Assembly: GCA_964247055.1 (NCBI GenBank)
Contig: OZ176050.1
Span: 9,052,001-9,116,000 of the forward strand
Direction of reading: 5' to 3'
Source of the DNA: Paragordius varius
Lineage: Eukaryota; Animalia; Nematomorpha
DNA: 64,000 nt
Shown: positions 1 to 10,730 of the stretch, piece by piece
Position numbering within the stretch: the stretch's first letter is position 1
Layout: every line of letters starts with the position of its first letter
Notes under the pieces: generated by a model
What the model was told of the DNA's origin: nothing
The model's database searches: none
What the model saw: only the letters and a program-made list of their open reading frames with translations
Program-made: the position numbers and the translations under genes

Positions 1-698
1 GGCAAGAAATAGTAGTAAGATAAAGAAGTTATCTTACAATAATTATATTAGATTTACCTGCTCTGAAAGGGCCGTGATTTTATAAGCCAGTCTTTCAACT
101 GAATATTTATAATATCCTTAAATACAATAACTGAAGATATATTTTATCAAAAATCTGCAATATGACATCATATAAATTTTTTCCATCATCATGTAAAACC
201 ATTATAAATGGTAATATGAGGAGTACTATCAAGTATTGTTATTAATTTATATTTTTACTCTGCTGAAACTTTTGGGACTACTGCTCTGCCACATGTTAAT
301 CCTCTGGGTGGGAATAATCGGTAATATATCCTTATCAATTTCTATGTAATAATTTTTACGTTTCGTTTAATATTTTTAGCTCTGTTGAAACTTTTGGGAC
401 TACTGCTCTGCCACATATTCCATATACAATTACCGGTAGAGAGCGCGGGTATTATATTGTTTATTTTCAGATATAATATTTATATATGTGTGTGATTTTG
501 TTTTATATCAAAATAGCAAGGACAGGGCAATTATAATGTCGTGCGCCCCATAATAAGCTTTTTTAGGATCACGGATTTAATGATTTTTATTTTTCGTTGC
601 AAAAAGTCTGTACCATATATTTCCGATTTTTATATAAATATGGGACATTATTATATGTAATAGTTGACAAACAATATAATTAGTTTTAAAATATATAT

Positions 699-1938
699 AT
701 GACAAAATTTTTTGGTGTTCCAAATTGGTCCTTAAATCTCAAGGCCAGAGATGTCCGACTTAAATGCTTGCAAGGGCCGCATGTTGGTTGCTGCTTAAGA
801 AATGTGAAATACATGTTTTATTTTATGCATAAAATGTATGTTAATATACTTTTAAGGGGTAACCGAAAACGCAAAATAAGAAATCGCCGAACAATTCCCA
901 CATATGATATGCCGATATTATTACGCAATACAACAAATGCATTAGATTTTATTACTAATGAAATATACCCACCTGGAACAAGAAAATTGCGCAACGGATC
1001 ACTGTCCTATAGAGAGCGGGTGGAGATATATATAAGATATCTATCGGATCCTGGCTACCAATCAGGAGTGGCCCAGGACTACGTTATAGAACGTAGTTCT
1101 TTGACCAAAATAGTGCAGGAAGTTGCTCCACTGTGTTCTAACTTGCGCATAAAGTGGATGCAACTTCCCCAGGATCGAAATGACATGGAGAGAGCTAGAA
1201 ATCTTTGGCTATCCCGATTCAAGCTACCTTATATTGTGGGTGCAATTGATTGCACTCATATTGAAATAAAACAGCCTACACAATTTCTCCAATATTATAT
1301 TAATCTTAAAGGATATTTTTCATTGAATGTCCAAGTCACTGTTGACGCCGAAAAATTTACCTCCATAGAGGTTAATTCACCGGGAGGCATACATGGTGCC
1401 AGGATCTATAGCAACTCTCTTATCAGATCGATCCTGGAAGATATGGCAGAGTTGGTAGTTTGTTAGGTGATAGTGTGACAAAAAACCATTATCACACTAT
1501 TAAAGACACCCACAGCAGCGCACGAGATAAGGTATAATTATCTCCAGAGCAAAGAACGCATGTTGGTAGAGCGTGTGCTCGGTCAATGGAAGAGGGTATT
1601 TCCCATCTTAGGCAATAAGATCCGTGTCAAGACGGAAATCGTCACTGATTTGATACAATCATGTGGGGTATAGTTCAATATAGGTATATTTTATATTTAA
1701 TATGCGAATTTTACAGCATTTATATATCTATCTATAAGAAATATGTTCATTTTAGTTTGTACTCCATGAAATTATTTTTAATATTATAGGGAAGTACCTA
1801 AAAGCTATCGGTAATATTGAGGAGAACGAATTTGTAGGCCCATCAGACGATGAGACGGAGCCAATATCCAGTAGTCGGCAGGCAGGAATCGATAGAAGGA
1901 ATGATATTATGCTATATATTATTATTAATAATTTATGA
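699..1938 (+). pseudogene. Harbinger (DDE_Tnp_4/HARBI1-like) transposase of copy A, frameshifted
   Basis: Motifs GAIDCTHI, YINLKGYFSLNVQ, PGGIHGARI, and downstream ERMLVERVLGQWKRVFPIL. A small deletion relative to B near 1460-1480 breaks the LLGDSGY motif and the frame. The last exon ends in TGA at 1936-1938. The true start is uncertain. Confidence 0.85.
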
Positions 1939-1984
1939 TTTACTATATTTATATAAATGCCAAATATATATTTATAACATATAT

Positions 1985-2762
1985 TTATCTTGTAAAATAT
2001 TTAACATTTTAAGGTATGATAAAATCTCTTTAAAATAATCCTTGCAATTCGTGTGAGATTCTCTCGGCTCACATACCACACAGGAGCCCGTTACATCTAT
2101 AATAAATTATAAATATAATTATAATATTTTTGCCAATATTACTTAAAACAGATTCATCAGGTATATTGGGCTTTCAGGATTGTACATCCTGGTAGCAAAT
2201 AGTGATAATAAATTACAAAAAAAAATTTTTTAATAAAAATCCATATATTATATTTGAAATTTCTATAATATATATATATATACTGGGATAGGTGTGCACA
2301 GGACCTGGATATTGAGAATTAAATGTATTGTCATGTATTGAAATAAAATTATCTATAAAAGTAAAAATGAAATATACACCGGTGAATACGGAATCCGTGG
2401 CTGTATGAGTTATTTCTGAATTTATATATTATGAATACTTTTTCTAACGGCAGATTCTCGAACCCCCGGAAGACACCAGTTTTTGGGAGATTTACGGTAG
2501 TGAAGCAAATTACTCAGAACCATTTCATGCCTGAGCAATTTGGGGGACGCCCTATTACCCGTCCTCCGGGCCATATCATTTTTTCTTTTGATACAAGCCC
2601 GAATATTGTCGTACATTTTTCGAGCACTTCTCTCGCATATATCATCATATCCCAAATTTCTCATTTCGTTAGCTAACGACTTGAAGGCCTTAAGCCTTTC
2701 TCCGTTAGTAAATTTATTAACGGTATTCTGAAATATACACGGATAGCTATAAATAAAACTTA
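1985..2762 (-). pseudogene. Myb/SANT-like DNA-binding protein of Harbinger copy A, split by the insertion of B (first exon at ~6305-6358)
   Basis: YPCIFQNTVNKFTNGERLKAFKSLANEM...RRTGN matches the B gene. Its first exon (MENTFSSARDLFVGLIK) lies on the far side of B, with ATG at 6356-6358 on the minus strand. Confidence 0.85.
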
Positions 2763-2879
2763 GGCCCATGTGAATGAGCCTCTTTTCAAGCTCATTCACA
2801 TGGATTATGGATTATGAAATAACATATGTTTGAGGGATGTGATTGAGTTTTTGAGGCGGGATTTTTGAAAAATCATATA

Positions 2880-3791
2880 ATGGATAATACTTCCTCTTCT
2901 GCACGCGATTTATTAGTCGGTCCCATTAAAGAGTTAAGTTTTATTTATTTATAGCTATCCGTGTATATTTCAGAATACCGTTAATAAATTTACTAACGGA
3001 GAAAGGCTTAAGGCCTTCAAGTCGTTAGCTAACGAAATGAGAAATTTGGGATATGATGATATATGCGAGAGAAGTGCTCGAAAAATGTACGACAATATTC
3101 GGGCTTGTATCAAAAGAAAAAATGATATGGCCCGGAGGACGGGTAATAGGGCGTCCCCCAAATTGCTCAGGCATGAAATGGTTCTGAGCAATTTGCTTCA
3201 CTACCATAAATCTCCCAAAAACTGGTGTCTTCCGGGGGTTCGAGAATCTGCCGTTAGAAAAAGTATTCATAATATATAAATTCAGAAATAACTCATACAG
3301 CCACGGATTCCGTATTCACCGGCGCCAGTATATTTCATTTTTACTTTTATAGATAATTTTATTTCAATCATGAAAAATCTTTTAAATCTCAATATTTAGG
3401 TCCAGTAAACACCGGTGCCAGTATATTTCATTTTTAATTATATAGATAATTTTATTTCAATAGATGACAATTCTTTTAATCAATATCCAATAAACACCGA
3501 TGCCACTATATTACATTTTTAATTTTATAGTAAATTTTATTTCAAATCATGAAAAATCTTTTAAATCTCAATATTTAGGTCCAGTAAACACCGGTGCCAG
3601 TCCTGAAAGCCCAATATACCCAAACGAATCTATTTTAAGTAATATTGGCAAAAATATTATAATTATTATATTTATAATTAATTATAGATGTAACGGGGTC
3701 CTGTGCGAGAGCCGAGAGAATCTCACACAAATTGCTTTTTCAAAGAGATTCTATCATACCTCAAAATGATTTTAAATATTTTACAAGATAA
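2880..3791 (+). CDS. Myb/SANT-like (MADF/Myb_DNA-bind_5 type) accessory protein of Harbinger copy B, apparently intact when spliced
   Basis: Exons 2880-2932, 2955-3262, 3286-3327, 3400-3420, a fifth exon from 3579 and a last exon ending TAA at 3791 give an open frame: MDNTSSSARDLLVGPIKDYPCIFQN...RKMYDNIRACIKRKNDMARRTGN. GT-AG introns include 22 nt (2933-2954) and 23 nt (3263-3285). Confidence 0.75.
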
Positions 3792-3841
3792 ACACATGTT
3801 ATAAATATATTAAATTAGCATTTATATAATAAATATAGTAA

Positions 3842-5091
3842 TCATAAATTATTAATAATAATATATCGCATAATATCATTCCTTCTATCGATTCCTGCCT
3901 GCCGACTATGGATATTGGCCCCGTCTCATCGTCTGATGGGCCTACAAATTCGTTCTCTTCAATATGACCGATGGCTTTTAGGTACTTTCGTATAATAGTA
4001 AAAATAATTTGATATGGAGCACAAACTAAAATGCACATATTTCTTATCGATATATGTAAAAATGCTGTAAAATGCGCATATCAAATATAAAACATACCTA
4101 TATTGAACAATACCCCACATGATTGTATCAAGTCAGGTACCATTTCCGTCTTGACACGGATCTTGTTGCCTAGGATGGGGAATACCCTCTTCCATTGACC
4201 GAGCACACGCTCTACCAACATGCGTTCTTTGCTGTGGATATAATTATAACGTATTTCATGCCCTGCTGTGGGTGTCTTTATTGGTGTGATTATGGTTTTT
4301 TGTATACCATAACCACTATCACCCAACAGACTTCCATACTCTGCCACATCTTCCAGGATCGATCTGACAGGAGAGTTGCTATAGATCCTGGCATCATGCA
4401 TGCCGCCCGGTGAATTCCCCTCTATAGAGGTAAATTTTTAGGCGTCAACAGTGACCTGGACGTTAAGCGAAAAGTATCCTTTACGATTTATAAAATCTTG
4501 GGCAAATTGTGTAGGCTGATTTATTTCTATATAAGTGCAATCAATTGCACCCACAATATAAGGTAGCCTGAATGATAGCCAAAGATTTCTAGCTCTCTCC
4601 ATGTCATTTCGATCCTGGGGAAGTTGCATCCACTTTATGCGCAAGTTAGAACACAGCGGAGCAACTTCCTGCACTATTTTGGTCAAAGAACTAGGTTCTA
4701 TAACGTAGTCCTGGGCCACTCCTGATTGGTAGCCAGGATCCGATAGATATCTTATATATATCTCCACCCGCTCTCTATAGGACAGTGATCCGTTGCGCAA
4801 TTTTCTTGTTCCAGGTGGGTATATTTCATTAGTAATAAAATCTAAGGCATTTGTTGTATTGCGTAATAATATCGGCATATCATATGTGTGAATTGTTCGG
4901 CGATTTCTTATTTTGCGTTTTCGGTTACCCCTTAAAAGTATATTAACATACATTATGTATAAAATAAAATGAAACATGTATTTCACATTTCTTAAGCAGC
5001 AACCAACATGCGGCCCTTGCAAACATTTAAGTCGAACATTTCTGGCCTTGAGATATAAGGACTAATTTGGAACACCAAAAAATTTTGTCAT
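3842..5091 (-). pseudogene. Harbinger transposase of copy B with premature stop
   Basis: GAIDCTYI, FINRKGYFSLNVQ, MHDARI, LLGDSGYG, YNYIHSKERMLVERVLGQWKRVFPIL. An in-frame TAA at 4438-4440 separates ORFs 4438-5022 and 4081-4401 (copy A has GAA there). Confidence 0.88.
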
Positions 5092-5124
5092 ATATATATT
5101 TTAAAACTATTTATATTGTTTGTC

Positions 5125-5356
5125 GTATATATTAAGGTGTTACAACTAGGGTTGTGCATTTGACTGCTTTCTTCAAAAGTCCGGTCAGACCATGGTTATG
5201 ACAACTTTTTAATTTATTTTTATCAAAACAATAGAAAAATTTAATTAGATTATATTATATATATATAAATATTTAATTATATATTTAACGGATATATTAA
5301 AAAATAAAATCCTACTATCTCATCCAAAAAAATTTAATGGTCACCAAAACCCTATC
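5125..5356. mobile_element. ~230-bp insertion in copy B only, MITE-like
   Basis: Absent from the matching position of copy A (GTTTGTC|AACTATT is contiguous there). Short inverted ends TAGGGTT (5147-5153) / AACCCTA (5348-5354). No clean TSD seen. Confidence 0.55.
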
Positions 5357-6373
5357 AACTATTACATATAATTATGTCCCATATTTATATAAAAATCGGA
5401 AATATATGGTACAGACTTTTCGCAACGAAAAATAAAAATCATTAAATCCGTGATCCTAAAAAAGCTTATTATGGGGCGCACGACATTATAATTGCCCTGT
5501 CCTTGCTATTTTGATATAAAACAAAATCACACACAATATATAAATATTATATCTGAAAATAAACAATATAATACCCGCGCTCTCTACCGGTAATTGTATA
5601 TGGAATATGTGGCAGAGCAGTAGTCCCAAAAGTTTCAACAGAGCTAAAAATATTAAACGAAACGTAAAAATTATTACATAGAAATTGATAAGGATATATT
5701 ACCGATTATTCCCACCCAGAGGATTAACATGTGGCAGAGCAGTAGTCCCAAAAGTTTCAGCAGAGTAAAAATATAAATTAATAACAATACTTGATAGTAC
5801 TCCTCATATTACCATTTATAATGGTTTTACATGATGATGGAAAAAATTTATATGATGTCATATTGCAGATTTTTGATAAAATATCTTCAGTTATTGTATT
5901 CAAGGATATTATAAATATTCAGTTGAAAGACTGGCTTAAAAATCACGCCCCTTTCAGGTAAATCCAATATAATTATAGTAAGATAACTTCTTTATCTTAC
6001 CACTAATTCTTGCCTAAATATATAAAAATATAGCACTAAAACATTATTACCTTTCGTAAGCATTTGCCCGAAAAATATTTTTTAATCCATGTCCAAAATT
6101 TCCAAAACCTACCATATACATATATTAAATATACTTTATTTAGGCTAATACAGTTTGCAGATTCCAAAAATTCTTCCTAGTTCTCGAGACGGCTTTTGTA
6201 ACAACCTTAATCCTGAAAAACCAGGATTAAAAATTCCTCCATCTCAACAGGATAAGGAAGGCTCATTCACCACCTGCTCAACTGGCTCATTCACATGGGC
6301 CTTAACTTTTTATGAGACCGACAAATAAATCGCGTGCAGAAGAGAAAGTATTTTCCATCATATGATTTTTCAA

Positions 6374-7845
6374 GCAAGTAAACAAGTAAAGGGTGTAGCG
6401 TCGGAAGATCGTCGGCCACCTGCCGTCAAGGCAATCCCTACCCACCCGTAATGCATTGAGCTTCAGAGCGGGGAAACACATCGGAGGTTGGGTTTGACGT
6501 TAGTATCTACATACATAATTAAAAGCCTTCATGTTAGTTGTGTTAATGGGAGTTAGTATAGTTAATAAGCTATATATATATATACATATATAGATATATT
6601 AAAAGAAATGTTAATTTCGCCTTGTTAAGTAGGTAAAAGCAATATTTGAGTTTAAATAACCGTACAAACAGGGTTTGATTACTCCAGAAAGTAATGTCAA
6701 AGGTCTATGTCGGATCAAATGTAGAGTTAATTTTAAGCTCTTATCTTTGGTGTGGAAGGGGGTCTTCTTTTGCTTCTAAATGAGTGTGGCCTTTAGGTAA
6801 ACCAATTTTGGAGATATTAGACATTACAAGCGTCAACGTTACCCCTTCGTGCGACCATGTTTCAGTTGTACCTTCAAATGGGACGCTAACCCGGGATAAG
6901 TGGTCGTTGAGCTTGCTCTGAGCTAAGTCTCAAACTCCGACCAACAGAGATGTCGGAGATTGGTAACCAGCCCTGCTCAAATATCAGCGGCTTTAACATT
7001 GCTTCCCAGGATGTCGTCCCACAAGGATTGGCTAATAGTCTAATCAGAGTCGCGTCTTGCATGCTTTATTTATACATTCAGTGGTACATTTTGTTCGTGG
7101 GATATCTGTGGGAAGCAGTCTATATTCTTAACTAACTGTATAGATGTTTACCATTAACAGATTTTGTTGTAAATATTACATCAATACCAACTGATTTTAA
7201 GAGAGCGTTGTAAAATAAAAATTTATACCTTAATTGCATCAATACTAACTGACATTAACAGAGCGTTGTAAATTAAAATTTATACCTTAATTACATCAAT
7301 ACTAACTGACATTAACAGATTGTAAAATAAAAATTTATACCTAAATACATCAATACTAACTGACATTAACAGAGCGTTGTAAAATAAAATTTATACCTTA
7401 ATTACATCAATACTAACTGACATTAACAGAGCGTTGTAAAATAAAATTTATACCTTATCCAGCAGTGGGAATTAACCTTAAAATACTACCGACTTAGCAA
7501 TAGTCCCATTTAATCTGGAGCAAAGTATCCGGTTCAAATAAAAATTGAATGGGAATCAGCCCTCAAATATCAGCGGTTCCGATGTTATCGTCATATAGCA
7601 GGGAAGTTTTGCGTTGGTTTCCAACGGGATAGGATTAGTAACTGGTGCGTTTCCTCGTTGTCAGGGGCTTAAAAGTGATCGAGGTTATCGGGGTATAATC
7701 GTAATCGCGTTCATCAGCACAGCCTCAAGAGCTCAGTTGGCCACAGTTATTGAAGTTTTTTCGGTAAGTTTTAAAGATCGGGGTCATTAGGAATTTACAT
7801 TCATTGTTCGATTCTAGCCTGGAGAGGATGTTGCGTCAGCCGGTC
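6374..7845. mobile_element. 1472-bp non-coding retroposon-like insertion with a 13-bp target-site duplication
   Basis: TATGATTTTTCAA is duplicated at 6361-6373 and 7846-7858, and the host Harbinger sequence resumes on each side. CAAGTAAA is doubled at the left end; no TIR, LTR or long ORF was seen. Confidence 0.75.
7152..7458. repeat. Tandem repeat, ~57-bp unit, ~5 copies, inside the 1.47-kb insertion
   Basis: The unit ACATCAATACTAACTGACATTAACAGAGCGTTGTAAAATAAAATTTATACCTTAATT is repeated, with one copy shortened. Confidence 0.92.
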
Positions 7846-9659
7846 TATGATTTTTCAAAAATCCCGCCTCAAAAACTCGATCACCTCCTAAGCATATGTT
7901 TTCTCATAATCCATCCCATGTGAATGAGCTTGAAAATAGGGTCATTCACATGGGCCTTAATTGGTAAATTTTTTTTATTATTGTAGAAAAATGAAAATGC
8001 CAAAGAGAAGAGAAATTAAGGAAATTGATTATTTTTTTAAAACAATGGGGCAGTTGGATTGATATGCAAAAAATCAAGTGTCTTATAATTTGCTTCAGTA
8101 CGATGCGAAACATTAAAATAAAGGCAAAACATAATTGATTTTTGCAAAAATTAGAGTATCAATAAAATATTTTTAAACAACCAGGAAAAGCTGAATAAAC
8201 CAAAATCTCCTTTAATTTTTAGAAATAGATTGCAGAAAACAATAAACCCTATATAGGTTTATCAAAAATGTATGGTTGCCATTCAAGAAATTTGCCCTAT
8301 AATATTAAAAAATTTTATAATTCTATTGTGTCATACCACAGGGTAATATTGAAAATGGCCAATATTGTAAAATTAAAAAAAAAATTCTTTCAGATTTGAA
8401 TATTTGAGCGCTGGATGAGCGCATGATATAGCAAGTACTCGTTAATTAATTTTTGCTTAACACTCCTTACCGTGAAAAAGTTACAGCTATTGAGTCTAAT
8501 TTAATAATATGCTTTCTTTAATCTTTTTGGCGCATTAGACAAATGTAAAAAAATTCTTATCTCAAACTTTTTTGCCGCCTTTTTTTCCATAAATTTTTTA
8601 AATTTGCTAATGCAAGACGCAAATAAATGGTTATGGTTAAAAATCTAACTAATTAACTTAAAACAGGCTACATTTTACTAGCAAAAATTTTATATATTTT
8701 GATTTAAATATCAGCTGTTCGTTTCAATCATGTTTTGGAGCTGATTATACTTTCTAAACTTGATCAAATTTTTACTTGAATATCAAGAATAAATTCTGTT
8801 AATAAATTTAAGGCTTATTTTGTGGAATCCGCCACTGCGCGAATGGCTACATTCACAAGCATTGGGTCCACAACCCCATACCGTGATTCGAGCAAAAATT
8901 AAATATTAACCAATTAAAAATAGACCAATTTTTAATTTTTTACCGCAAAAGGAATCATTTATTTTTTTACAAATCAGAGTAATTTAAACAAAGGGTTTAT
9001 TTTAAATTTTAAAATATTTTTTTATGGTTTAACAAAAGTAAAATATAAATATTAAAAATATCTTTTTAATATGAAAAAACAATACAAAAGTCAGCGCACC
9101 AGGCGCAGTTTTTTTTAACTGAGAGCCATTACAGTATTGCGAAAAACAGCCCATCTGGTCACATTGTATCCAAGTGTTAATTTTTTGTTTTATAGAGCTA
9201 AATTTTATGATTGTTTTCAAGGTTCTAGCCTTCCTAAATTTAATAAAATTTAAACATAACCTTAAACTCGTTTTATCGACATTTTAACGGTCATAAAAGT
9301 ATTTTATAAGCTGTTACAGCTTCTAACTTTCATCAGTTTAATAAAAAAGTATCTAATATAGGTTCCATTAAAAAAATATCTTTTAAATATAAATAACATT
9401 GTAAAAAAATGTATATCTCACAATTTCTTGATCGATTAAAAAAAATCTAGTGAGCTACCCATTCATAAAATAAAAAAATTCAATTAACTGTTCACTATCG
9501 TATATTTTAATATGATTAATTAGGTTAATGCGTAAATGGTATGTTTTTAATATCAAAAAACTGGAATGTAAAACAAACTATTGTCGTTCAATAAGCATTT
9601 TATGGCCTTTGGTTTTATTATATTTTACTACCTGCCAAATAAATGAGATCATAATAATA

Positions 9660-9807
9660 TACCATTTACAGTTCAAATTTACCCTTGAACAATTCAAATT
9701 TACCCTAAAAATAAATAATGTGTTTTGAACTAATATAACTCATTATTAATTAATAATATATTTTTATGGCATAGTTTATTATTTTTTCTGTATCATTGTA
9801 AATGGTA
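9660..9807. mobile_element. MITE family 1 (TACCATTTAC termini), internally deleted copy
   Basis: Starts TACCATTTACAGTTCAAATT, ends TGTAAATGGTA, flanked by TA; shares sequence with 22550-22921. Confidence 0.75.
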
Positions 9808-10253
9808 TATAAATATAAGCAACTTTATAAATATGAGATTTTAGAAGATGGTAATTTTGCGATTTAAAGTAACACAATATAAAAAGGTTGTGGTTGCATA
9901 ATATTATGTTAGATAGTAACTACAGAAAGTTATCTTGAGAAATAATTTACCGGTTAATATATCCCTAAAAATTTTCTATAATATGCATTTAAATAAACAA
10001 ATGAAATGAATGCAATTTTTTTAGGTTTAAGTATTTTAACTATATTTACCAAGCGATTAATCCAATTTCTGATTTATTAAGAAACTCAGATTACTGGTTA
10101 TAAAGAATAGAAAATACTATTTGAGGAGAGAGTTGTCATTATAAAAGCTAATTTTCAAAGAGATTTTAATTAAACTAAAAAGATTAAGCTATCAAAATAA
10201 TAGTCACGATAAAAATTTGGAAAAAATTATGATTAATATAATATAAGAATACT

Positions 10254-10597
10254 TTATTTTATGAGTTTTATATATAAATATAAAATTGTCAATATTAGAA
10301 AACAAAATAGTAAAACTCGTAAAATAAATTTGTCTTTTCCCAGTAAAGAAATTTTTCGAACACGATTTATGGATGAGGCTAATAGACTTTGTGAGTTTTC
10401 AAATCCATGATGCATATCATTCAAAAATGTCGTTTGGTGTTTTATCTCAGATCCAATATCAATGGATAACTACGGTATAAAGAATTTAAAATAACCGATT
10501 TTAAAGCGGAAACTTTATTGGATAGTTCTTCAGTTAAATCATCATTATTTTTAAACTGTGAATATTCTTGCCAATTTTCAAGGTTCGATCTACGCAT
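10254..10597 (-). CDS. BET1: BET1-like Golgi/ER Qc-SNARE, 105 aa, two exons
   Basis: Exons 10597-10496 and 10469-10254 are joined across a 26-nt GT-AG intron: MRRSNLENWQEYSQFKNNDDLTEELSNKVSALKS|LSIDIGSEIKHQTTFLNDMHHGFENSQSLLASSINRVRKISLLGKDKFILRVLLFCFLILTILYLYIKLIK. This matches the BET1 SNARE pattern (KV..LKSLSI.IG.E.K.Q) plus a C-terminal TM anchor. Confidence 0.92.
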
Positions 10598-10730
10598 CAC
10601 ACGTGTAAAAGAGTGTAATAAAATTTTGTATCATCTGAATACGGCGTTTGCGTTTTATATTGTTTACTTGTTATGATGCCTAGAAGCTTTTATATAAATT
10701 AGCTATTTTATTATTGTATTCCATATAGAA
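10598..10730. promoter_or_regulatory. Putative bidirectional promoter between BET1 and SEC63
   Basis: Only 133 bp separate the two divergent ATGs (10597 on minus, 10731 on plus). Confidence 0.6.

Larger units (their letters stand above)
2763..6301 (+). mobile_element. Full-length PIF/Harbinger transposon, copy B (3539 bp), nested in copy A
   Basis: Perfect 17-bp TIRs GGCCCATGTGAATGAGC (2763-2779) and GCTCATTCACATGGGCC (6285-6301); TTA TSD at 2760-2762 and 6302-6304; convergent Myb/SANT and DDE transposase genes, the canonical Harbinger layout. Confidence 0.95.
1..7956 (-). mobile_element. PIF/Harbinger DNA transposon, host copy A (truncated by the window start, interrupted by two insertions)
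   Basis: The terminus reads TCATTCACATGGGCC (to 7956) followed by TTA. 1-2762 is the reverse complement of 2935-6014 of copy B. 6302-6373 and 7846-7956 match the reverse complement of B 2763-2935. By comparison with B, about 290 bp lie left of the window. Confidence 0.9.

Noticed and set aside
2422-2799. ORF-track protein MNELEKRLIHMGLSFIY... as a real N-terminus
   Set aside because: The first residues are read from the terminal hairpin of copy B and from an intron; the real first exon is at 6305-6358.
1-6014. Palindrome as an assembly or chimeric-read artefact
   Set aside because: The arms differ by many substitutions and indels, and the junctions carry proper TIRs and a TTA TSD, with the host sequence resuming at 6302.
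7152-7458. CRISPR array (also considered for the 21-bp MITE repeats and 46780-48700)
   Set aside because: These are head-to-tail repeats without unique spacers, in a eukaryotic context with no cas genes.
7640-7725. Hammerhead ribozyme at CTGATGA (minus strand, ~7711-7717)
   Set aside because: No helix II closing onto a GAAA and no matching helix I/III could be built.
7720-7830. tRNA gene (A-box and B-box-like strings)
   Set aside because: The acceptor and T stems do not pair and the box spacing is too long; kept only as a weak hint within the insertion finding.
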